64,000 bases of DNA from Octopus vulgaris (GCA_951406725.2 OX597838.1:24986001-25050000); one strand, 5' to 3'; counted from the first letter of the stretch, positions 12,340 through 26,161 are shown. Made by a program: numbers and translations. Notes: generated from the sequence alone by a model not told the origin.

Positions 12340-13270
12340 AGGAAGGAGGCACAGAGAGAGGAGAAGGAGGGGGGATGTAGAAAGACTGAAAGCGAGATGG
12401 AGAGGAGAGGAGAGGAGAGCGATGGTGTTATAATGATAGTGGGAGGTGTAAACATGGTGAATGGCAGGGAGAGAGGGGAGAGTGAGAAGAAGTTGAGAAA
12501 GGAAGGGAAGCTAGAGTGAGAGAGTGAGAGAGAAAAAGATAGTGAAAGCGCGTGAGTGTGAGGGGGAAGAAAGAAGAGAAAGGAAGATGTTTAGAGATGA
12601 AGGATGGAGAGTGATGGAGAAGTCAATGAGTTAGTATCACAATAATGGCGAGGGGAGGATAAAGATGAAGAATGAAAGGTAGGGAGAGGTAGAGACAGAT
12701 AGATAGAGAGAAAGAAAGAATGAGTGAGTGAGTGAGTAAAAAGAGGAAAAAGAAAAGCAAGGGGGAAGGAGTTTATTGATGGAGAAGCCAATGCTGTAGT
12801 GACAGAACAAGATGGGAGAGAGGGTAAACACAATGAGCGGGAAAGACAGAGAGAGAAAGAGAAATAGAGATAAAGAGAAAGAGCGGTATGAGGACGAGGA
12901 AGGAGAGGAAGAGGTTTACAGATAGAGAAGGGGAGAGTGAGCGCGCTAGTGTATCACAGTAATGGCGAGGGGGAAGATATGATAAATGAAGGGTTGGAAG
13001 AAAGACAGAGAGAAAGAAGAAAGGGGGTCAGGTCAATTGATCGGCGGAAAAGGAAAAGTAGAGTATTTCATAGAAAGAGAGATCGATGTCCGTCCAGTGT
13101 AAAACCGGGGATTGAAGACAGAAACTGGGTAAGACGGCGTGTGCATTTGAATATAGTAAGACAGAGAGAGAGAGAGAGAGAGGGGGGGTGAGCATATACT
13201 AGAGAACTGGAAGAAGAGAGAAATTATTCAAGTAGAAAGTAGAGAGATGAAGAGAGAAGAAGAATTTAAA
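12340..13270. repeat. Purine-rich (GA-rich) low-complexity tract
   Basis: Strong A/G strand bias. Confidence 0.85.
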
Positions 13271-13310
13271 GAGGACAAATCTTCATTTGTCTTAGTAATG
13301 ACAGCTAGTT

Positions 13311-13414
13311 AGATAGATAGATAGATAGATGGATGAATAGATAGATAGATAGATAGATAGATATATAGATGGATGAGAGATAGATGGATAGATAGATAGA
13401 TAGAAAGATAGATG

Positions 13415-13492
<78 letters not shown>

Positions 13493-13611
13493 CAGATAGA
13501 TAGATAGATAGATGGATAGATAAATAGATAGATATATAGATAGATGAAAGATAGATAGATAGATGAACGATAGATAGATAGATGGATGAATAGATAGATA
13601 GATAGACAGAC

Positions 13612-13670
<59 letters not shown>

Positions 13671-13743
13671 GGATAGATAGATGGATAGATAGATAGATGA
13701 GAGATAGATAGATAGATGGATGAATAGATAGATGGATGGATGA

Positions 13744-13789
<46 letters not shown>

Positions 13790-13790
13790 G
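13311..13790. repeat. (GATA)n microsatellite, about 480 bp
   Basis: Directly visible. Confidence 0.97.
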
Positions 13791-13978
13791 ACCTACACAG
13801 GAAGGGAAAGAATGTCAGTGAAATGGAAGCGTAGGAGGTGGTAGTGGGTGACGATGAAGGCTGGACATCAGCAGACTGGAAATGAAGCCTAATATCTGTT
13901 GTGCTTGTTTTTGTGGTCCAAGGTCAACTCTAATCTAGTATATATATCTGTTCAACGACATTCTGGCCATGACCAACC

Positions 13979-14080
<102 letters not shown>

Positions 14081-14132
14081 CGTGTATGTAGGTATATATG
14101 TATGCATGTATGTATGTATATATGTATGCATG

Positions 14133-14172
<40 letters not shown>

Positions 14173-14605
14173 TACATACATATATACATACATACATGCA
14201 TACATATATAAATACATACATGCATACATATATATATATGTGTGTGTTCCTTTATCTGAAATGCTTTTTCGAGTGGTGCTTTTCATTTTTTTATTTTAAT
14301 CTATCTACACACATATATATATATATTAGTCTAATATTGGGGCATATAAGCGTTCGACGGAAAAAAAGTAGTTTGCCGTACCCATAGGAATGGAACCCAC
14401 ATCCCTATGTATTCGCGCCCTTAGTCAATGCACGGCGATTGCTTATAAGCTTTAAGCTTATAAACATTATTCTTATTATTTACAAAGGTGTAAAATTCGG
14501 CACCGGTTATCAAATAATCGCATATATATATATTTAGTCGATTTGCTCGACTAAAGGCGGTGCTCCAGCATGGCCGCAGTCGAATGACTGAAACAAGTAA
14601 AAGAG

Positions 14606-14648
<43 letters not shown>

Positions 14649-16788
14649 ATCTATTAACCAAGGTATTCTTTCTTCTTTTAAAACTGGCAAGCGATTTGAG
14701 GAAGGTTTTGTTACTATCTCTTGCAAACCAAACGGCTGCTCTGTGGATCCCTTTAATGGCTCAATTCGGGTGTAATTTGTTGTAGATTTCGGCTGCTAAT
14801 TCTAGCAGGCCGAACGATAATGTATTGGGGCTATCCCCACAGGCCGAAACGTATTGGGAAGAGGTTTGCAGTTACGTTGTCTTAAAGGACACCCCTCACT
14901 GCCTCTGACGTGTTTTGAGGGAGATTTTTAGCTATTATTTCTAGACAGGTCGCGCTACCGCATGTAGTCAGCGGCTCTCCTCTAATTGCTTCGATGTAAG
15001 TAAGAGACGTGTTAAAAAGGTAAGTAAAAATGCCGGTAACATGCTCAATGGAAAAATACGAAGAAGTAGTTTAAATTACGGCTTTGATGCTGATAATGAT
15101 TCACAACAGGTGTGAAGTTTGTAGCAGACGGAACGGTAAGGATGGCGAAGAAGCAGTGGAGGAAGGTAGGTTCAATAATGAATAAATGAATGGACGGCCG
15201 AACCGACAGGTCGTTCTGGTCATCGGTAATGAAAAATACAGCGGCAACAGCAACAGAAATCGACGGACTTTTATTTTTGACTTTTAAGTGTTTCCTTCTT
15301 TTATAATTCGATTCACTGGAATTATGCAATCCTCAGTATATGACTGGTATTATGTTTTTTTATTATTTTTTTTATACTGGTGCCAGAAGGATGGGATAAG
15401 ATAGCGAAAGCTCGGCGGGATTTGAATTCAGAGCGTGGTTGCTCGACCTGCGAGACGCGACAGTCTTGAAATGACATTCGTCTTGGAAGGAAGGAAGGAT
15501 GTGATGAATATCGTGGTCCCAATCACTGTGTGAGAATAAATAGTTTTAGGCATGTCTGAAAAACCTGTGATCATAGTACACTCGATCAGAGCTAACCTGG
15601 GGCTGCACACACCACAGTCGTTTCGATCTGCTAGGAATAACAGTTAAATCTCTCACGAATCGCTTGAATAGAGAAAAAAAAAACCGCGAGGAAAGAAGAA
15701 ACTACAAGATGGTGTGATTTAAGATTCGACAAAGTCTGAATAAAAAAAAAAAAAGATTGGAGGGAGGTCACGGTCGTGACCTGGGGTTAAACAATTACAA
15801 ATCTGCTGTAATTGTTTAGCTCCGTCCGGGCCACCAACGAAGAATTATAATAAACGAAGGAAGCGACTGTGCAGCAGATATCAGCTGAAATGTCTGCAAA
15901 GACGAAAGCGCCGGTGCTTGAGCAATAAAATAAGGAAGAAAAAAATATTAATAATAATAGTAACAATATCAATAAATAACTAGTCCAAGAAGCGAAGACT
16001 CTTCTGGAGGATATAGAAAAAAGGGTGGCAAGGAAACAACAAGGCCAAGATAGATGCACTTTTGTTCAATATACTGAAGTAAATTGGTAGGGAAGCAATT
16101 AAAATGGAAGGCTGGCGTGTGTACGATTGATGGAGGAATACAGAAGCAATTATGAATAGTAATTAGTCGTAATAGCAACACAGAAAGACGTGGCCTGAAT
16201 GTGCTGCAGAAATAGCAGTGGTAGTAGTGGTGGTGGTGGTGGTGGCCAGTGTGGGCTTAAATATATAATTGCAATAGTAGTAAGATAGGGTAGCATGGCT
16301 TAAGTATGTATGCGTCTGTATGCGATAGTAGTAATAGCATCTGGTTGAGAGGTATTGGGCAGCGTGTCCGCCGTGTGCAGTTGCTGCAGCAGCAGTTGTA
16401 AATAATGAGGTCGAAGTTGGTCCGGTCAATTGGAGGACGGAAGTGCGGCACGACACACACTATAGAGCCAAAATAATAGGAAATAGAAAAAAAAATCTGG
16501 GTTTTGTCATAAAAAGTTTTGTCTGTAATACTTAATGAACAAAGACGGGCCAGTTTACTAGGGTTCTAAAGTACAAAAGTTCTTTGGAAGTCAAGTTCAA
16601 AGTACTCTGTATGTGTGTGTGTGTGTGTAAGCGCGCGTGTATAATGAACTGAATGACACTGAAATTTCTCTTCGAGTCACTATGCGGTCGTTCAAACTGC
16701 GAGAAATAGCAACGGAATTTTTTAGGCTTGAGGAAAAGAACGTTATTAGACAATGTAGTCCTCTCTATGAAACACACACACACACACA

Positions 16789-17410
16789 TTACTCTTTTAC
16801 TTGTTTTAGTCATTTGACTGTGGCCATGCTGGAGCACCGCCTTTGGTCGAGTAAATCGACCCCAGGACTTATTCTTTGTAAGCCTAGTACTTATTCTATC
16901 GGTCTTCTTTTGCCAAACTGCTAAGTTACAGGGACGTAAACACACCAGCATCGGTTGTCAAGCGATGCTGGGGGGACAAACACAGACACACACACACACA
17001 TATATATATACAGCTTTTTAATATTCTCCCAAAGAGTCTGAGGAACTTGCACAAAGTAGATGTAGCTGGACATCTTCCTGTCAAGAGTCCCAGATGAACC
17101 TACCTTACGGCAAGAGGTGCAAATGAGAGTAGCTGTATCAAACTCCATTCTTCACCAAGTGCCACATATTAGACGAGGTTCGTCGCAATAACAGTGTAGC
17201 ACAAAACGGCGGTGCATCAGCATGGCCGCAGCTCTGAGCTGAAACTAGAAAAAAATATATATACACACACACACACATACACATACGACGAGCTTCTTTC
17301 AGTTTCCGTCTCCCAAATCCACTCACAAGGCTTTGGTCGGCCCGAGGCTATAGTAGAAGACACTTGCCCAAGGTGCCACGCAGTGGGACTGAACCCGGAA
17401 CCATGTGGTT
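16789..17410 (-). mobile_element. Family A SINE interrupted in its internal microsatellite by a LINE fragment
   Basis: 3' half 16789-17000, 5' half 17270-17410. Confidence 0.9.
17011..17256 (+). mobile_element. CR1-group (CR1/L2/Crack-like) LINE 3' fragment
   Basis: QLFNILPKSLRNLHKVDV/LDIFLSRVPDEPTLRQEVQMRVAVSNSILHQ (one frameshift), then a tail homologous to the family A tail. Confidence 0.8.
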
Positions 17411-17892
17411 CGTTAGACTGGATTATTGCGACCTTTGAACGTAGGCCCATTCAATCAGAACTATCTTGAGAGCTAAACGACTTTTAAAATTTTTTTTTCC
17501 TTTTCATCTTTCCAGTTTATTTTCTCACAGCTTGTTAAATTTCAAAAACAATTCTGTATTGAATCACGAAAAATTATATTTTTCAATTATCTGGTTGGGT
17601 GCATAATAAATTTACGTTGTAAATTTTAAAAATAATGAATTCGATAAAATTTCGAGATGTTCCTCTTTGGTAAGATAAACTCAAAGAAAATCACTGGATC
17701 TTTGAGGAACTGCAACCGAATGTCGTATTAAATGGAAAGACACAGTGAGTAATGTAGTACAAAATATATTTGTCTGGTAAAAGAGAATACCGGAATGGTC
17801 ACGACTGGAACGTCTTTTAATAAAGCTTTATTCTTAAAACAACCCTCAAAATAAAAAGCGCTACTGATAACGAGAGCTTGAGGCTATATGCC

Positions 17893-18123
17893 AGCGGCGA
17901 GCTGGCAGAATCGTTAGCACGCCGGGCGAAATGCGTAGCCGTATTTCGTCTGCTGTTACGTTCTGAGTTCAAATTCCGCCGAGGTCGACTTTGCCTTTCA
18001 TCCTTTCGGGGTCGATAAATTAAGTACCAGTTATGCACTTGGGTCGATATAATCGACTTAATCCGTTTGTCTGTCCTTGTTTGTCCTCTCTGTGTTAAGC
18101 CCCTTGTGGGTAGTAAAGAAATA
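17893..18123 (+). mobile_element. Family B SINE, full length
   Basis: Near-identical to 6557-6787. Confidence 0.9.
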
Positions 18124-18519
18124 TATATGTTAGAAAGAGTAATTAAATCAGCCACAAACCAGTTCTAAATACAGAAGGAAACCCACCCTTGGAGAATGTA
18201 ACCCTAGATGCATTATGTCAATAAAAAAAATCATGATGGTCATGAATGGAATGCTGTTGCATCAAGGTTGACCTGTCACGACTGAGAGGATAAATACCAG
18301 GTCAGATAAGACCAGCTAAATATAGAGCCAAATCCACACCCAGCCGTCTCAAAAAATACAGAGGAGACATTTGATAATGTAGTCCTAGATACAGTGTTAC
18401 AAAAAGAAAGAAAAAAAAAGAATGGCCACAGCTGAAAAGCCTTGGATCATGTTTCGCATCTAATCAAAAGCGTTCCAGCCGTGATGATCCATTTTTTTTC
18501 AGACTATATCATGCAAGAT

Positions 18520-18910
18520 AGGCGCAGGAGTGGCTGTGTGGTAAGCAGCTTGCTAACCAACCACATGGTTCCGGGTTCAGTTCCACTGCGTGGCATCTTG
18601 GGCAAGTGTCTTCTGCTATAACCCCGGGCCGACCAAAGCCTTGTGAGTGGATTTGGTAGACGGAAACTGAAAGAAGCCTGTCGTATATATGTAGATATAT
18701 GTGTGTGTGTTTGTCCCCCTAGCAATGCTTGACAACCGATGCTGGTGTGTTTACGTCACCGTAACTTAGCGGTTCGGCAAAAGAAGACCGATAGAATAAG
18801 TACTGGGCTTACAAAGAATAAATCCCGGGGTTGATTTGCTCGACTAAAGGCGGTGCTCCAGCATGGCCGCAGTCAAATGACTGAAACAAGTAAAAGAGAG
18901 AGAGTAAAGA
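18520..18910 (+). mobile_element. Family A SINE, full length
   Basis: Head GGCGCAGGAGTGGCTGTGTGG to AAAAGAG tail. Confidence 0.92.
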
Positions 18911-19911
18911 TTGTGTAATAAAGCTGCAGGCTGTTGCTTGAAAAGTATTTGGCTGTTATTTCTGGAAAATCGAAGGAACAAACTAGAAGTGACAGTTGAA
19001 TGAGAGTTGTTGTCAATATCCTAGATCGGCCGTTCCAGCAATGACCGTCCAGTCTTTTTTCAATGGATCCAATGTAGGCGTCCTTTCCTTTTTAAGAAAG
19101 TATTGTGTAATAAGGAAGAGATCTTGGTTTGCTATGTCTAGCTGGGTCGGACGACAACGTCCGAAGTAGAGACAATTCTCGTTGGCAGACTAAATTTTAT
19201 CTAGATTTATATTTGAAAAACTTTTCGTTGATAAAGTCCCTAAAAACCTAATTGAAATTAAAAATAATAATCATTGTTTCTAACAGGGGCCGCAATTTTC
19301 AAGGAAGGGAGCTAGAGGATACGTTCGACTAGTATTTGAATGGTCTTTTATTTCATCGACCTGGGGAAAAGATGAAAGGCAAATCCGACCTCGACGAAAT
19401 TTGAATCCTGAACATTAAGAACCGAAACAAATATCTCACAATAATGGTTTCTGATTTAGGCACAAGACCAGCAATTTTGAGAGGGAGGCATTATACGACA
19501 CCATCGGTGAAGACTTGATACTCCATTTTATCGAACCTGGAAGAAGATGAGAGCTAAAGTTGACCTCAGTGGAACATGAACTCTCAAAACGTAAAAGGCC
19601 GGAACAAATATCTATTTTGTGGTGAAGGGACGAATCGATATCAACCCCAGTATTTGACTGGTACTTTATTTTACCGACACCGGATGGACGAAAGGCCAAG
19701 TTGACCTCAAGAGAATTTCAACTCAGAAAATAAAGAGTCGGAGCAAATAATATTGATAATAATTTTTTTTAATGGCTTAAGTCTTAAGACAAAAACAGGA
19801 ATTTAAGCAGTATACCTATGAATTTGTAAAATTAAAGATCCATTATTTTTTTTTTGTCAGTACAAAGGTTCCCACAAACATCTTTTTGTATTTGTAATTC
19901 GCTCGCTGGTA

Positions 19912-20424
19912 CCGTAAATCCTCGAGTATAGTCCATCTTTGAGTATAATACGGCAGGGGATTTTTAGGGAGCTGTACCTCTGAAAAATCTAAACCTTGTG
20001 TATAATACGCACCCCTTCTCTAACTTGAGTCAAGGAGGTCTATATAACGTCCTTGGTTTGTAAAAATGTATACAGTAACGTCCTTTATTATTATTGTATA
20101 TATAACATAATGCAAACGTGTAGCTTTTTTGTGCATTTTGTTTGCAGAAAATAAAGAAATAACAGTAATAACATTTAATAAATGTTGCTTACTGCAAGTT
20201 ATGGATGGTTCTTTTATGACTCCATTGCTTTCAGGCTTAGCTTAAAGTATTTTCGCACCCGACATCACAAAATACGTCTGAATAAACATTGCCGGACATC
20301 AAATATAGACTCGGACATTGCTTAGAAAATAATTTTCATTTTTAACCCTGTATATAGTACGCACTAGGGATTTTGACCTTTAAATTTTTGGGGGAAAATG
20401 TGGATTATACTCGAGGATTTGCGG
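19912..20424. mobile_element. Tc1/mariner-superfamily (Tc2/pogo-like) MITE
   Basis: TIRs CCGTAAATCCTCGAGTATAGTCCA / TGGATTATACTCGAGGATTTGCGG, TA on both sides. Confidence 0.85.
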
Positions 20425-21422
20425 TACTTAGAAATAAAAAAAGGATCTATCCCGACCCTGAAATGCTCCTTTGTTGGGTCATGTGTCCTTCCTTCTTTAA
20501 AACTACGAGTGTGATTTAAAAGAGGTGGCTGTTATCCCTAGTGAGTTATGTGATTTAAAAGAGGTGGCTGTTATCCCTAGCGAGTTAAGTGACTGCATAG
20601 AGTGTCTCTCCTGATAGGTTTCGATAATAACTAGATAGAAGTTGCCAGCTACATCATCAGCAATCAACAGAAAGTTGCAACCAGCCACTGTAAAATACAG
20701 CAACAGTAATAACAGTTGCTGCCGACCTGGCATCGAGCCCCACTGCACACAGGGCGGTGAGTCATCGTTGGGCAACTGTTGTTGGATGCGCGCGCGCGTG
20801 CGTGCAAGGGTTAGCGTGCGTGCGCGCGTGTGCATGTGTATACGTAGTGCAGGCGTGCGCGTATTATTATTCTTAGTACGTCTGTTGTGTGTGTTTGTGC
20901 AAGATCCAAGTCCTGTCGTACGCGTCCACTTATGCGTGCATGTGTTATTGTGTAAGTGGTTTTTGGAAGTACTGCTGTACACGTATATATGTCCATGTGC
21001 GTTACGTGCAGTCTGTGTGTGTGTGTGTGCGAGTGTGTATTTGTGTGTGTGTGTGCGTGTTTAGTGAGTTTGTGTTAGCTCAAATTCTCGCTTCTTTGTA
21101 TGCATTCAATACAAGTATCGCGTGTGTGTTTCTACAAGTACTGTTATTGTACGTGTGTACACGCATGTTAATGTATGTATGCATATGTTTACATGTATAA
21201 TTACGGGGCATTCATATAGAATAGAGTCGGAAATTATTTAGTGCGCTAAAAATAAAATCATAATTTCTCCGGATCTGTATGTTTTAAACATCGCAGATTA
21301 GGAATCTGAAAAGGAAAATTTTTTTAAATGTGTGTAGCGATGATGGGACGATTTGGAGGGTTTTTTTTCCGTTAACTCATAATTTCGAGTATTTTCCAAA
21401 ATCTTTTTGGGGTTTATGTTAC

Positions 21423-21632
21423 TTTACTTTACTTTTTACTTGTTTCAGTCATGTGACTGTGGCCATGCTGGAGCACCGCCTTTAGTCGAGCATATCGACC
21501 CCAGGACTTATTCTTTGTAAGCCTAGTACTTATTCTATCGGTCTATTTTCCCGAACCGCTAAGTTACGGGGACGTAAACACACCAGCATCGGTTGGGGGG
21601 ACAAACACAGACACACAAACATATACACACAC

Positions 21633-21678
<46 letters not shown>

Positions 21679-21836
21679 GACGGGCTTCTTTCAGTTTCCG
21701 TCTACCAAATCCACTCACAAGGCTTTGGTCGGCCCGAGGCTATAGTAGAAGACACTTGCCCAAGGTGCCACGCAGTGGGACTGAACTCGGAACCATGTGG
21801 TTGGTAAACAAGCTACTTACCACACAGCCACTGCGC
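21423..21836 (-). mobile_element. Family A SINE, full length
   Basis: Reverse complement of the family A consensus. Confidence 0.92.
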
Positions 21837-22257
21837 ATAATTTTCTATGATTCTAATCTCATATGCTTTAAAATATAAAAACCTGCAAAAAGAAAATATC
21901 AAAATGAAAAGTTAGGGAAAAGAAGTAGGAACTTTTAACTACTTCTTTCTCCCTCCAGATTTGCAATCTACGAAGTTTACAACATACAGATCCAAAGAAA
22001 ACACAATTCTGAACACATAAGATGATTTCCGACTCTATTCTCTAAGAATACCAAGTACAGTTTGCCTATTGAATGTGTGTGTACTTGCATCAGTTTAAAA
22101 TGGTTATTGTTACCCATAGAATCAATACCAAGCTTAAAAAATAAGTACTGGGGGGGGGGGGGCATTCATTCGACTAAAAATTCAAGGCGTTGCCCCAGCA
22201 TGGCCGCAGTCTGACTGAAACAAGTAAAAGGTAAAAGAGATATAAACATAACTCCTA

Positions 22258-22741
<484 letters not shown>

Positions 22742-23277
22742 ATAACTGGCTCTCCGTCGGTTACGGAGAATTGGGAATTCCCAATTTATATGCATGTTTG
22801 TTAATATAATAATTACTGGTATCCTTATATATTAATATATTTTGTATAAATAGGGAATTTATATTGGGAATTCCCAATTTATATTCATGTTTGTTATTTT
22901 ATAATAATTACTGGTATCCTTATATATTAATAGATTTTATATCTTATATGTAATGTAAAGCATAATATGTTATACATGTATGTATATAATTATAATTATT
23001 TGTTTAGTAAATAAATAAATAAGTTAACATAATATAATGTCTAAAAGTTGATGAACCACCTATTGTTCTCCTCCATTTTCTTATTCCTCTATAAATTAAT
23101 GGTAAAATATCTCTTGACCCTCACCCATTTAGGTAATGTAATTGCCATGCAATAAAAAAACACTTGTGTATTAATAATTGGGTATTCTACCAGCAGTATA
23201 TTGGCTGGATATTATCCCTGAGTGGGATGGATTCACAACCTCTAACTTTCTTGGAGTTATATATATATATATATATT

Positions 23278-23469
23278 ACGGAGATGTACTCGCATAGCAA
23301 GTAATTTGATCTGAGATCGTGTGCTGAAACGAATACAATTGCAGCGTGGAAGGTGTTTATAAGCCATTTAAGAAACACACAAAAGCCGTTCGATTCACTT
23401 CAAATGTTGGAGTGAATCGAACGGCTTTTGTGTGTTTCTTAAATGGCTTATAAACACCTTCCACGCTGC

Positions 23470-23473
<4 letters not shown>
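23278..23473. mobile_element. Snap-back hairpin element in (TA)n, Penelope-like architecture
   Basis: 23337-23403 pairs with 23407-23473 (67-bp arms, one G.T mismatch, 3-nt loop) plus a unique 5' extension. Confidence 0.65.
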
Positions 23474-23545
<72 letters not shown>

Positions 23546-23570
23546 TATTAGAGAGTTATCCACTATGTGG

Positions 23571-23636
<66 letters not shown>

Positions 23637-23917
23637 TTGACTGCGGGCATGCTGGAGCCCAGGACTTATTCTTTGTAAGCCTAGTACATATCGGTCTCTT
23701 TTGCCAAACCGCTAAGTTACGGGGACGTAAACACACCAGTATCGGTTGTCGAGCGACAGACAAACACAGACATATATGATGGGTTTCTTTCAGTTTCCGT
23801 CTACCAAATCCACTCACAAGGCTTTGGTCGGCCCGAGGCTATATAGTAGAAAACCCTTGCCCAAGGTGCCACGCAGTGGGACTGAACCCGGAACCATGTG
23901 GTTGGTAAGCAAGCTAC
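23637..23917 (-). mobile_element. Family A SINE with internal deletions
   Basis: Core and head recognisable. Confidence 0.85.
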
Positions 23918-25077
23918 ACACACACATACAAAACACACGTTCACATGCACAAGGCAGCTCTTCCATACACAAGCACACACAATGCATAGAAGACCAATAC
24001 AAAATAAATAGATAGATAAATAGGAGGAGGAGGCCAAAATGAGAAAAAGGGAAAGACCTCCCCTTCCTCTCATCGTCACTCGCTGTCTGCCTCACGAGCA
24101 TATTTCTGAAAATAGTTCATAGGAACTTCATACTACAGAAAGTATACTTGACCATTCTTCAGACTAACAGAATGTACGCGCACGCTTACACGCACACACA
24201 TACGCTCAAGCACGCGCACACACATCAAACAATCTGTGTCATTGTCCTTCGGGTTCATGTAACCAGGATTACTCAGTCTTAAGGACTTTAAACACATCAT
24301 CAGAAATTTTTTGTTGTATATATATATATTTTTTTTTTTTCAAAGTTTTGTTGTAATTGTACTTTTTTTTTGTTTTACACAGAATGCTTAGTTGTAGTTA
24401 AAAACAACATCGAATAAAGCAAAACAAAAACAACAACAAAAAGCAAAGCAAAAAAAAAAACAAACAAACAAGAAAGCCTACGTGGTTCTTAAGCCTGTAT
24501 TGCTGTCTCTCGGCCTGCTAGAAATAGCAGCCAAATTTCCATTAAATCAAATTTTACTCCCTTCAGGGAAGGATGAACCCATTGAAAGCAATGAAAAGAA
24601 GAAAAAAATAATTAATAAATAGTTAAAAAGATGGGATAGCCATGGGTGGAACATCTTTTATCTTTGGTTTACTCTATAAGAATTGACCAAGGACTCAACA
24701 ACGGCAAAAGTTGATTTATCCCACGAACTGATGAAAGAATTATAGTGAAACCTTGCATGCTAGAAATAGCAGCCAAATCTCTCACATAAGGGGAACAGTA
24801 TTTAGGAAAAGGGGATTAATCCTTTGGCATTCAGATTACATTATTAAATATAAATGCTTCTTTATTCACATTATTTTGAATTAATCAGGCATTATCTCAT
24901 AACTTTGAGATTTCAATGATGTGACCCTAACCCAGAATTGTTAGCACGCCGGGCAAAATGCTTAGTGGTATTTCGTCTGTCTTTACATTCTGAGTTCAAA
25001 TTCTGCCGAGGTCAACTTCGCCTTTCATCCTTTCGTGGTCAGTTAAATAAATTACCTCAGTCCTATATAATCTTAAT

Positions 25078-25528
25078 CATCATCATCATCATCATCATCA
25101 TCGTTTAACGTCCGCTTTCCAAGCTAGCATGGGTTGGACGGTTCAACTGGGGTCTGGGAAGCCAGAAAGCTGCACCAGGCCCAGTCTGATCTGGCAATGT
25201 TTCTACAGCTGGATGCCCTTCCTAACGCCAACCACTCCGTGAGTGTAGTGGGTGCTTTTTACGTGCCACCGGCACAGGTGCCAGACGAGGTTGGCAAACG
25301 GCCATGATCAGATGGTGCTTTTTACGTGCCACCGGCACGGAGACCAGACGAGGCTGGCAACGGCCACGATCGGATGGTGCCTTTTACGTGCCACTGGCAC
25401 GTTCAGATGGTTCTCTTACGTGCCACCGGCACTGGTATCACTGCTACAAATTCCATTGATGTTGATCGATTACGATTTTGATTTTCACTTGCCTCAACAG
25501 GTCTTCACAAGTAGAGTTTTGTGTCCCA
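25078..25528 (-). mobile_element. Family C (RTE 3' UTR) with internal repeats of about 60 bp
   Basis: (GAT)n tail, GGTTGGCGTTAGGAAGGGCATCCAGC motif, repeated GTGGCACGTAAAAAGCACC units. Confidence 0.85.
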
Positions 25529-25761
25529 ATAATAATAATAATAATAATAATTTCTACTATAAGTACAAGGTCTGAAATTTTGGGGGAGAGGACTAGTCAG
25601 TTACATTGACCCCAGTGTTTCACTGGTTCTTAATTTATAGACCACGAAAGGATAAAAGGCAAAGTCAACCTCAGCGGAATTTGAACTCAGAATATTGTGG
25701 CAGATGAAATAAGGCTAAGCATCTTGCTTGGCGTGCTGACGATTTTGCCAGCTTGTCACCT

Positions 25762-25838
<77 letters not shown>

Positions 25839-26079
25839 GTTTCAAATTTTGCCACAAGGGCAGCCATATTTTGTGGGGACAGGATAAGTTTATTACATCG
25901 ACCTTCCCCCCCTCCACCACCACCACCAGTGTTTCACTGGTACTTAATTTATCGACCCAAAAAGGATGAAAAGCAAAGTCGACCTCAGTGGAATTTGAAC
26001 TCTGAACATAGCGACAGGCGAAATACTACTAAGCATCTCGTCCAGTGCGCTAACAATTCTGCCAGCTCACCACCTTATA

Positions 26080-26161
<82 letters not shown>

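Noticed and set aside
15041-15115. Short frame MLNGKIRRSSLNYGFDADNDSQQ with CAG|GTGTGA donor
   Set aside because: Too short, no partner exon or homology identified
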